From: Calcarisporiella thermophila CBS 279.70
Lineage: Eukaryota; Fungi; Calcarisporiellomycota
Direction: 5' to 3'
DNA length: 64,000 nt
NCBI RefSeq assembly: GCF_041956535.1
Contig: NW_027192197.1
Span: 747,264-811,263, forward strand
A program made the position numbers and the translations under genes. A model generated the notes under the pieces. That model was not told the DNA's origin. It saw only the letters and a list, made by a program, of their open reading frames with translations, and searched no databases. Shown in pieces: positions 54,033 through 64,000 of the stretch. How positions within the stretch are numbered: position 1 is the first letter of the stretch; each line of letters starts with the position of its first letter.

Positions 54033-55073
54033 GGTTTTATTTTACAAGGCCCTACTCACAACGAAGAGCTTTTCATTTCTCGGGATCTGAAATGTGACTT
54101 TCAAACAGTCACATTGAAGGTAAACATCGATTTGAACCCAATGGCTGGTGTGTTGCATTGAAATTAACCAAGACCAGGTTAATATACCATAAATGAAAAC
54201 TATCGAGGTATCTAAAATTTTATTCACTGGAGTGCTGGTTACTTGTCAAAGACCTAAATCAATTAGGTGGAGTTTTATAGTATGTTTATTTGCACTCCTT
54301 CTATTACACTCATGTCTTTATTTGATTGTCCGTGCTCCCTAAGGGTGGAAAAGCTTTGAGCCCATACTAGTTTACTACCACCAATTTGCCATGGTAATCT
54401 CACTATCTGGATATCGGCCGATTCCACAGCAAGTTCCTCCCCAGAACGAAAACAATGGTTAACAGCAGCCAACTGCTCGAGTCGGGCCACGTGTATTATC
54501 TTTTTGGCTCCAAGGAGTTACAAAGGAGCCTTTTTTATATTTTTTTTAAATGAAATCTAACGCGTGATTCGCAAGATTAAAATTATCATTATCATATCCA
54601 TTTGCCGAATCCCGGACGTCGTAGTAAGAGGATGGATATGTGATTGCATCGAACCCAATTTACTCTGTATAGACCTTGAGGGTGCGGCTGATTGTGTATT
54701 TTGACTAACACAGCCATCTTCTATTTCGATGCACTATTATATTGGCCTCTAGCTAGACACCATGGCAAAATTTTTTTAATTTCTTCTACTTTTATTCAAG
54801 AGGTATCTTTTTAAACGGAATAAAAGAAAAGAACGCTCTCTCAATGCGGAATAAAAGTAAAACAAATGAGATTACAGCGGCGGAGAGGATCGCAAAACTG
54901 GATAGGTTTGCTCGATACTAGAATTCTTTCAACTGAACTTTTTTTTTCGCTATTTTAATATCCTAGTCGATTTATTCAGCCACCCAAATAAGCATAGTGG
55001 AAATCTACAAGTGTAGAAGGCAGAAATACAATTTTTTATTCCCTTCTGGTCGCGATCTAGACAAATAGCTGCC

Positions 55074-58000
55074 ATGGCATCAAGCGGGCGACTAAACGGA
55101 TCAGCGGATGAAGGTAACCCATTGCCAAGATATGGACTGGGATACGCGATAGGATCAGCATGTACTTAATGCACCTCTTTTATCGTTCATCTCTTTACTT
55201 TTTTTTTGTAGTTGTGAAATCTCAGCTGAAAGAATTGCAGCGCATCAACGCAGAGCTAAATAGTCAGGTAAGAAACCCGTTCTCTTAGCATATTGATACA
55301 CAATTTCCAATTATTGGCTTCATAATTGAGCTGAAACTCTACGAATATCATGGATGGGAGTATAATATATCTTCTGCTTGTTAATGCTCTTAATTTCACC
55401 GCAATAGCTTGAATCCTATCGCAAGAAATCCTCATCCCAAGATGACAAGGATCCTTATGTTGCTGACTTGGAACGTCTTCTAGATCAGAAGGAGCAGCAG
55501 CGCCAGGAACAAGAAAAAATTGCGCGGCGTGCCAAGGACCTTGAGGACAAGCTTTTCCGTGCCGGTGGTCATCTCAAAGCGCTAAGCAACGAAAACGCGA
55601 AAATCAGCGAACATCTTCGCGATCTCCAGCTAAAGTATGAACAAGCTGAAAAGCGTGCCAATGCTCTAGAAAATGCAAGCAGCAAGGGCACTCCCGCCGA
55701 TGAGACGAAGATTGCTGACCTAGAAAAGGAGCTCGAAGCATTACGTGCGGAGCTTGACAAATCCAACAATTTACGAACAAAGGCAGAGGAGGATTCTAAT
55801 GCTGCGCTTCAGCGCTTAGCAGACACGCTCCAACGGCAGAGAGAGGAAAACGAACAACTTGAGGAGCGTGTTGCTGACTATAGACGACAGCGTGAAGAGC
55901 TATCTGAACAGCTTGGGAAACTGAAGGCTGAATTAAGCAAAGGGACTTCTACACGGGAGGAAAGCGAGAAAGCCAAGGAGAAGTTGGAAGCTGATTTGAA
56001 CGAAGCAAGGAATCGACAGCAGGCTGTCGAGTCAGAGTTGGAAAAGCTGAAGTCGCAGTTGAGTTTAACAAATTCGGAACGCGACAAACTTCAAAAAGAG
56101 TTGGACCGCTTGTCTGAATCATGGAAGCAGCAGGGAGAGTCGGCTCAAACCGAACTCGAGCATTTACGAGGAAAGGTTAGCGCGGCCGACGATGAAAAGA
56201 AACAACTTGAAATGGAGGTTAGCCAGTTGAGGGAGCAGTTGGACAAATTGACGGTGGAGCATGAGCAGTCAGCGGCAGCTAAAATTGCCGAGATCAAAGC
56301 GCAGTTGGACGCCGCCAACAAGGAGAAAGAGAGGCTACAAAAAGAAGCTGAGAAGTCGGCAGAATCCTCAAAACGAGCTGACGAGTCGGCACTGTCCAGT
56401 ATCAAAGAGCTGCAGTTAAGAATCGAGAGCATCGAGGGCGAAAAGAAGCAGTTGGAGCAAGAAGTCAAGCAGTTGAAGGAAGAGGCAGTCGAATCGGCAA
56501 AACAGTTCAAAGAAAAGGCCGAGTCAGAGCTCAAGAATGTGAAATCGGAGCTGGCTGCTATGGAGAAGGAAAAGAATCGAGTTCAGGAGGAGTTGAGCTC
56601 TGCGGTGAAGTCTTCTCAATCTGCTGAGTCGGACCTCTCGGCACTTCGAGCAAGCTTGGATGCCGCCACAGCTGAGAAATCACAACTCCAAGAAGAAATT
56701 AAAAAGCAAGCAGAATCTGTCAACGGTGAACTAAAGGATTTGCGCACCAAACTAGAAGCTTCGAAGAAAAATATGGAGAAATTGAAGAGCCAGACTGCCG
56801 AATCCTTATCCCAGAGAGAGCGAGAGGTTGAGGAGGAGCTTGAAGCGCTACGCTTAAAGCTAAATGCGGTCGAAAGCGAGAAGGGGCAGCTGGAGCAAGG
56901 CATTGAAGAGTTGAAGCAATCGTCCAAACAAGCCACAGACGCTCTACAAAAAGATCTCGAAAACGTAAGGGAGGAGCTGGAATTCATCACAACGGAGAAG
57001 AAAAGGTTGGCAATAGAAATAGAAAAGTCGAGCAAAGACGCAAGCGAACGAGAGAAGTTCCTCGAGGAAGAAAATCAAAAACTACAGTCTCGGTTGGAGG
57101 AGGTTAAGGCTGAGAAGAAGAAACTCGAAAAGAGCATAGAGCAGTCGAATCAATCTAACGAGAAGAGGATTAAATCATTGGAGGGTGAGATCGAGAAGAT
57201 AAGAAGCTCTCTCAAGGCCGCGGAGGAGGATAAAAAGAGGTTGTCGAAGACGATCAAGGAGATGGGTAAGTCTGCGAAGGATCGGGAGCAGGAGGTGGAG
57301 GCAGCTAGCAAGGATTTGCAGTCCAAGCTGGCCGCTGCTGAACAGGACAAGGAACAACTAAAGAGAAGGATGGAGGAGGCAGGCGAGAATTCCAAGCAAA
57401 AAGTAGAGACATTGGAGCAGGAGCACGAAATTTTGCGCGAGAAAATGAAGAGTATGCAAGACGATAAGAGAAAGCTTGAGCAGGATCTCGAGGAGGTCAA
57501 TAACTCCAAGAGTAAACAAGAGGTGGAGCTCCAGAAGCTGCAGCAGAGTATGGAGTCCACGAGACTAGAAAAGGAAAATTTCCAGAGGGAGCTCGAGGAA
57601 AAGCTCCAGTCTGCTGAGGCGCGTTGGCAGTCCGCAGAGGCTTCCCTCAAGGATACACAGAATAAGCTGAAGGCTACGGAGAGCGAGAGAGATCGGGTAC
57701 AGAATGAGATTTCTCAGCTCAAAGGCCAGTTTGAGGAGTTGACAAAATTACGGAAGCAGCTGGAGATGCGAAAAGAAGAACTACAGGCTAGCGTTGACGA
57801 ATTGACCGCAAAATTGACTATCTCCGAAGAAGAGAATGCAAAACTAATTACCCAGATCAAGCAGCTAGAGGACGAGCGGAAGAAACTGCAGGAGGAAACA
57901 CTTGAGAAATCTACCCATCTCAAACAAAACGAGGCAGAGATGGAGAAGAAACTGGCAGAATTCCGGGAACAAATCGTACAATTGGAGGCACAAGTTCAGC

Positions 58001-59876
58001 AAGCCAGACTTGATGCCATTAGCGAGACCGAGTTAGCCTTGTCAGAAGCCCTCAAGTCTCTTCACCTCAGCGAACAACTCGACTCGAAGTCTTCCTCCAT
58101 GTCACCCTCGCTCCTCTCTGCCCTCAATGCCATCAAAAATGAACTTGAGTCACAGAAGAATAACCTTTCGGCGGCAGAGGAGCAGGCCAAGGCGACAATG
58201 GACAATCTACAAGCTGAGCACGATAAAGTGACTGCCGAGCTCCAAACCCAGCACAATCATTTACTGGAAAAGAATGAGCAGCTCGAGAGCGAGAGAGCGA
58301 ATCTGTCTGAACAACTGAAGATGCTCAAGGAAGAACACGAAAAGGCAATGGCCCAGCTACGCCAAGAGAGCGCAAATCAGGTAGAGTCTGAAAAGGCAGT
58401 TGCGCAGGAACATCTTTCAAAGTTCGAAGCTGCAAAATCGGAGCATCAGCAGACAGTCGCCGAGTTGGAGGCCAAGCTTACCAAAACTTCTCAGGAAAAG
58501 GACAAGCTCGCACGCGAGCATGGCCAATTGCTGGAAAAGCTACGCACACTTGCTCCACGGCTCCAAGCCGAACGCGAGGAGGTGCGCCAACTGCGAGAGA
58601 AAGTAACTGCTTTGACGCAGCAAAACACTGAGCTTCAGGCTACTGTCGAGCGAATGCAGGCAGAATTGCTTGCCTCACACGAGCACTATGAACGAACTTC
58701 TCGCGAATTGGAGCGCATACGCTCACGCATGGATGCCGTGCAGCGACAGTCGGAGGAAGCGACATCGCGCCATGAGGCCGAGGCCCAAGAATTTCAAACC
58801 CACCTTGAGCGCTTGGACCGCGAGCGAGAAGAATGGGAAATGCTGGCGCATGAAGAGCGTGGAGCAAAAGAGCAAGCGCATGCCCGCGTCAAGCAACTTG
58901 AGACCGAGGTGGAGACTCTGTGGAATGACAAGGAGCGGCTTCGCAGTGACAAGGAGAGAGAGTCTCAGAGCCTAGCGAACTTGCAGGCAGTGCTAGAAGA
59001 GTTCCAGACCGCTAAAGAATCTGAGATTCGCTTTGCTGTCGAGGGCTTAGAGAGTGACCTTGAACAAGCAAAGAAGGAGCTGAAGGAGTATAAGGAGCGG
59101 GCTACACACGCTGAAGAGCAGCTCTCTCAAGCGAACAGCGACATTGCCCGAGTGCAGCAGCTCGAGAAGCAAGTAAAGGAAAAGAATCTACTTATCGGAA
59201 AGCTTCGGCATCAGGGTAGGCATTTTACATTGGCGAGTTGTCCCTCAAGCTTACTAAAGATTCCCCATCCCCCTCCCCCACTCACTATTCTAGCGGTGAT
59301 TCTCAACGAGCATTTAACTGAAGCGATGCGTCGCCTAAAGGATGAGAATAGCGACAACATTATCGATCGGTAACTCTTTGCTTCTTATTCTAGATTTTCC
59401 AAAGTGGTTTTACTGATTCTTTCTATCAATATCTATTGCCCTACAAAGACGTCTGATTTCTAATCTAATCATTGGATTTTTTAATGCTCCCCGCGGTGAT
59501 CGAAAGCGTTTTGAGATCTTACAAGTTATCTCCAACGTCCTCCAATTCACGGATGAGCAGAAGGAACTTGTGGGCCTTGTGCGAAAAGGCTCGCTATCCT
59601 CTAACTCGGCCAGTTCACCTGGTTGGTTGAGTCCATCGGCGTTCTCGGACAAGCACAAAAAGAGTATGGAAGACTCGCTCCCTGGAGAGGTAGCTCTTTT
59701 TTAGATGAACTTGCACTTTTGCCAACATGCACTAACCACGTACTTTATAACTCCAGTCGTTCACAGATGCTTGGATCTCATTTCTGCTTAAGGAGTCGAG
59801 CGTTGACAATACTCCTCGGGCTAGTATGGATGAACCACGGAAAACGCCCGATAGCCAAACGCCGCCGTCAACTTAA
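55074..59876 (+). CDS. Long coiled-coil golgin with a C-terminal GRAB domain (Rud3/GMAP-210-like)
   Basis: More than 1200 aa of heptads, then EKNLLIGKLRH, NIIDR|RLISNLIIGFL..RFEILQVISNVLQFTDEQKELVGL and SFTDAWISFLLKES. Confidence 0.85.
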
Positions 59877-60145
59877 CAAACAATTTTTCTTAGAAGGTGA
59901 TCTGATAAAGCGTTTTCATTTGAGGTTGTCTTATCTGTTTTTTTTTTTCAATATGCTCTTGTAAAATATCTTATAATATTCAAGATTGCCTTTATATTTT
60001 GCGATGTATTCCTCTTTTTTTTGCCTTCTTCTTGTTTCCATTATGATGTTTGGGAGAGTTCAAACAATTTGGTAACCTACTTGAATTTACGAGACTGCTT
60101 TTCTCAACATAAATACGCTTTAATCCATTTAACTAAACAATACCA

Positions 60146-60999
60146 ATGACAACCACAATACACCGAAAAGTACTTACCCATCTTTCGGATTTCCGACGCG
60201 CCCTAAAATTATGGTCTGACCTAAACGGCGATGGGCTCACCGTGGCCAATGTGTTAATGAACGCGCGTCTAGAGGAGAGGTTGTTTTAGCTTATACCGGA
60301 TGAGCATTTTAGAATTATTTTGTTTTCCAGTAATGCTTATCGCGTAAAATTTTCTCTCCAGAGTAGATTCGTAGATCATTCTGATTGTTGGCATCCATCG
60401 TTGATTGACTTTGAGAACTTGAAAGAGAAATACGAAGAGAAAATGGTCGAAAGAGTACAGGAGTTAAAAGGGAATCTAGAAGCAATTTTGGAGAAGATGG
60501 TAAAATGCCAGTTCGAAAAATGAGGCAGTTTGGAAACTTCATATAGATTATGATTCTGTTGGTATAAACTACGATTAGAGACAACAATATTTGAAAATTC
60601 AGACACAAGTTTTGCGGTTAGAAGAGGCACGGATTCGGGCCTGTGAATTGTATGGGCAAGAGTTTGTATACGAGCGGCCATTATTTCGAACATGTACACT
60701 CGACAAAATTGGTGAGTAAACTATAGAGGATTGAATCTCTTTTAGCTGGCAGCATGCTCATGATACCTTCAGCAATCTATACACAGCAAATATTTTCGAA
60801 TTATACCAGGGAGCTTGAACTTAAGCAATCCCTAGTAGCAAAACTAGCTAATATCACTGAGCAAGAGGTGGGAACCGTGCTACTCTCAGCGTGGTTGAAT
60901 CAGCCTTTCTTAGACACATCGCTAGAGAGAGAGTTTGAGGAGCTCATCGAAGTGGAGACGAATCCAATTTCGCCTTCAGCTGCTGGACCAGAAACGTGA
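60146..60999 (+). CDS. CINP-like (CDK2-interacting protein-like) protein, multi-exon
   Basis: N-terminal LKLWSDLNGDGLTVANVLMN and C-terminal YTRELELKQSLV...LLSAWLNQPF resemble CINP as I recall it; not confirmed by a search. Confidence 0.55.
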
Positions 61000-61161
61000 A
61001 TAAAGAAAATATCAAGCTCACTCTTTCACCTGTGTAAATAAATTTTAATAAGCTTTATAAACTTCCTCGATAAAGATAGTCCTCTTCTGTACTCTTCTGA
61101 CAAAAACAAAAAAAAAGAACTGAGTTGTCTTGTATTTGTCATAAATGACAAAAAAATGTAT

Positions 61162-61234
61162 TGCCGGATCCCGGGATCGAACCGGGTACCTTAAGATCTT
61201 CAGTCTTACGCTCTCCCAGATGAGCTAACCCGGC
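61162..61234 (-). tRNA. tRNA-Phe (GAA)
   Basis: GCCGGGTTAGCTCATCTGGGAGAGCGTAAGACT-GAA-GATCTTAAGGTACCCGGTTCGATCCCGGGATCCGGCA cloverleaf, followed by a T-run terminator. Confidence 0.95.
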
Positions 61235-61252
61235 TATGAGTTGGTTTTGTTG

Positions 61253-61272
61253 NNNNNNNNNNNNNNNNNNNN
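61253..61272. other. Assembly gap (20 N)
   Basis: Run of N. Confidence 1.
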
Positions 61273-62927
61273 AGTTTTTTGTCAGTTTGAAAGCATAATT
61301 GGACGTGAAATATTTTGGTATAAGATATAATCTGAAATTTATCCTAAAAAATTTTATCAATGCCAGTACTAGAGATGTGAACAGGACACGCTCTAGGAAC
61401 TGTGCTATAGGCTACTTCGTTACAACTCCCCAAAAATTGCAGTAAAATGCGTCAATGAAACTCTTCAGTATATACTTTCTTCTTATTCTGTATCTTTCTC
61501 GGTACAAGCAATTCCTCTCTACAAGGTTGGCCAGGAGCATTACCCGAGTGATTTTAACGTAGAAGTCTACCCTTCTTATAACTTGCATAAGAGACTTTTC
61601 AATAAAGATTCTTAAAAAAATTTGTCATCAAATTACCCCGCTCATTCGTGAAACCATACCAGATAGAATGAATACAGACAATGAGACCGAGAAGTCAGAG
61701 AAGAAACAAGAAGATACCAGTTAAATATCCAGTACTCCACAGGTAAATGCATCGAACATCAAACCTCTAGGATCCAAAGTATTCATCGAAATAACCGGAT
61801 TTGAACTATCCATTGTGCCAGCCAAGGGGAGCCTCGAAGTCAAAAATAATTCTATTATCAAAATGCTTTCAACTGCTCATAGCCATATATTTTTATAGTT
61901 TATCATTGCTCCTTCCTTTATGTTTTTCTTTTTTTCTTTTCACCCCTTTTTTTACATTTACTCCTTTATTTCATGTACATAAAACACATATTTCAATGTT
62001 GATGCATACCAATCCTTTTTTTTTCATTTTCTTTTCCTTTCAAGGAAGGTCAGGATCACTACCTGAGTAATTTTGATGAAGAAGCTAGCATGCCTAATTC
62101 ATTTCACTATGATACTTTACAATAATAATCCGTAGTTTAAAAAAATTATCAAAAATTGAGAAGAACGGTGCTACTCTCAAATGCATCTCTCTACCTAATC
62201 TACCTCTTGCAATCAAAAGACACTGGCTATTGACAGAGAAAAAAAAAAAATATGAAGTGGGATTCAGGCAGAAATGGGAAAGAGCTAACACAGCTTACAC
62301 ACCCAAAGCGGGTAAGTTTCATAATCAGCAAGAGGCGGACTTAATCATTGTGGAAGGGTGAGATATTTTCAGAGATACCAACAGAAGGAAGAGGGCATAG
62401 GCCGGGTGATAAAGGCGCATATCAGAGCCCAAGTACAGGATTCTTCGTTAGAAACTTCTAAAACATAAAATATTTACCGTTATCATCACGAGTGAGTAGA
62501 CTAGAGAAGCAAATACTTGTAAAAGATGTTCTCAAAGAATACCCCAAACCATTGTACGCCCTTCTTGAACTGCCCGGCCATCGTTCATATCAAAGAGTCG
62601 ACGAAACAAGCCATCGAATAGTTGGCATATCTCCGTACAATTCAATAAGGGAAAATAGCTGATTTGGTCATGGATTGAGCAAGTAAAAAGATCAACCCGT
62701 TAACAAAATCGATCAAGGATAAAAACGGTCTCATATGATAGCTCTTTAATCAATACCAGGCAGCCTGAAAGTATTTTAACCTTTTGAATAAGCCCTAGAT
62801 GCCAGGTAACTTGAAAAAAATTTAGGGTTCTATACAGATCATAATCTTGTTACCTATTATGACATAAAACTTAAACTAATGATTCAAAAAAAAAAAGAAA
62901 ACTTCGTTTCAGAGGCAGAAAAAACAA

Positions 62928-63000
62928 CGAGCGTACCAGGGGTCGAACCTGGAATCTCCTGATTCGTAGTCAGGCGCCTTATCCATTTGGCCATACACCC
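62928..63000 (-). tRNA. tRNA-Arg (ACG)
   Basis: GGGTGTATGGCCAAATGGATAAGGCGCCTGACT-ACG-AATCAGGAGATTCCAGGTTCGACCCCTGGTACGCTCG, followed by a T-run terminator. Confidence 0.95.
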
Positions 63001-63014
63001 AAAGATCTCCATAG

Positions 63015-63729
63015 TGTTACGAGATAATTGGTTTTTGTACGGGGAAGTCACCTTGACAGTCACATTGACTCGAGAGCCCAACGGGGGAGGGTTAGTGTAG
63101 TGGACTATCCCTGGGATGCCGATGAGAACGGCGTGGGTTCGAATCCCACCTCCCCCACCAGCACTTACTCTTAGCTTGTGACTGCTATCCACTTGATCAG
63201 AAGCAGAGTCTTGATTATTGAAAAGATTGCCCTTAAGATAAGTACAAAAGATTACATCGGTTTCACGTACATGCTATTCACGACAACTACGATACACGCA
63301 TATCGATTGAACGTCTAGCGATCAAGGACCTATATCTCGTTATGTTAAGTCCATTGACATTAACTTCATGTAATATATGGAAATTAAATAAAAGTTTCCA
63401 TTGATTGATCAAAAAAAAAAATTCAGGAAGCGCGATATCTTTAAAGTGGAGCAGCCAATAGAATTGTTTACCGCTACGTTGCCGACCCCTCGTGGTTACT
63501 TGCCGCCCTCGGGGTTACTCTTATGCTCCCTCATGGTTACTTTGTTGAGGTTGATTGCTATTTTGTTGGTTTACCTTTGTTTATCCTTGAACACCAGTTG
63601 AGCTATTTCCTTTATCTCTTAATTCTATTTAAACCCTTCTATTTTGTTTTACTGTTCCTCACCAATCTCTTATTTTTATTATTAAGGAATCCGCACAGCT
63701 CTCCACGAAATCTCCCTTTGCCTGTAACA
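63015..63729. mobile_element. LTR-like insertion (solo LTR or small non-autonomous retroelement, possibly composite) 14 bp upstream of tRNA-Arg
   Basis: Termini TGTTAC...GTAACA flanked by the direct repeat ATAG (63011-63014 and 63730-63733); no coding capacity. Confidence 0.65.
63083..63160 (+). ncRNA. tRNA-like element with encoded CCA and no anticodon loop
   Basis: 7-bp acceptor stem GGGGGAG/CTCCCCC + A + CCA, T-arm GTGGG-TTCGAAT-CCCAC, A-box TAGTGTAGTGG, B-box GGTTCGAATCC, variable-arm hairpin GCCG-7nt-CGGC. Confidence 0.75.
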
Positions 63730-63733
63730 ATAG

Positions 63734-63981
63734 TGTCTTAACTCGAGTCACATATCAAGCTATCCCAACGATATTCAAGCTCCGACATTAATTAGGAACT
63801 AGTTATAAACCAGTATTCATTAGCTTTATTAGTTAACAGGTTAAATAGTTATTATATCTTATAGTATAAAAGGAACACTCTAAGGAGAACTTCTAAGATA
63901 CATACCTTGTTCTTGAATAAACCTTTAGTTTTACCTATGTTCCCCGAGTATCCCCTAGTTATCTCGCTCTAGTTTATGACA
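63734..63981. mobile_element. Second possible solo LTR, followed by a third TGTTACG start at 63984
   Basis: Termini TGTCTTAA...TTATGACA form an imperfect inverted repeat; no clean TSD. Confidence 0.35.
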
Positions 63982-64000
63982 GCTGTTACGGGGATTAGAA

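Noticed and set aside
61280-62870. Coding remnant of a retroelement between the two tRNAs
   Set aside because: No RT, integrase or gag motif is recognisable; only scattered TGTCA/TGACA ends are present.
63083-63160. tRNA-Sec, tmRNA or a functional tRNA-Leu(GAG)
   Set aside because: No TCA anticodon or Sec-type arm geometry; no G3-U70 pair or tag ORF. The ATGAGAA loop sits directly against the T-arm in the variable-arm position and lacks normal anticodon-arm context.

Overview
Eukaryotic, intron-rich fungal DNA, probably from an early-diverging (Mucoromycota-like) fungus; the lineage is inferred from gene content and short GT-AG introns. Core genes: bZIP factor, MNN2-like mannosyltransferase, two kexins, two C2/chitin-binding-module paralogs, SUT1-like permease, PhoD-like phosphatase, double-finger GATA factor, amidase, RING protein, SH3-EH protein, CDC50, mitochondrial AlaRS, GRAB golgin, CINP-like protein, tRNA-Phe and tRNA-Arg. 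The C2 and kexin genes form an old mirror duplication: C2(-) Kex(+) | Kex(-) C2(+). Its right arm holds an AT-rich accessory island (about 14.4-30.7 kb) with an intact TPR-only gene, a decayed NB-ARC-TPR NLR, a complete MULE (9-bp TSD), a complete Tc1 element (TA TSD), relics of an AEP primase and a D5-like helicase, and a 10-Cys secreted peptide gene. At the right end both tRNA genes have TG...CA, 4-bp-TSD, LTR-like insertions 13-14 bp upstream. One of these carries a CCA-encoding, anticodon-less tRNA(Leu)-like Pol III unit, the most unusual signal I found. Exon boundaries were read by eye and no database searches were run.
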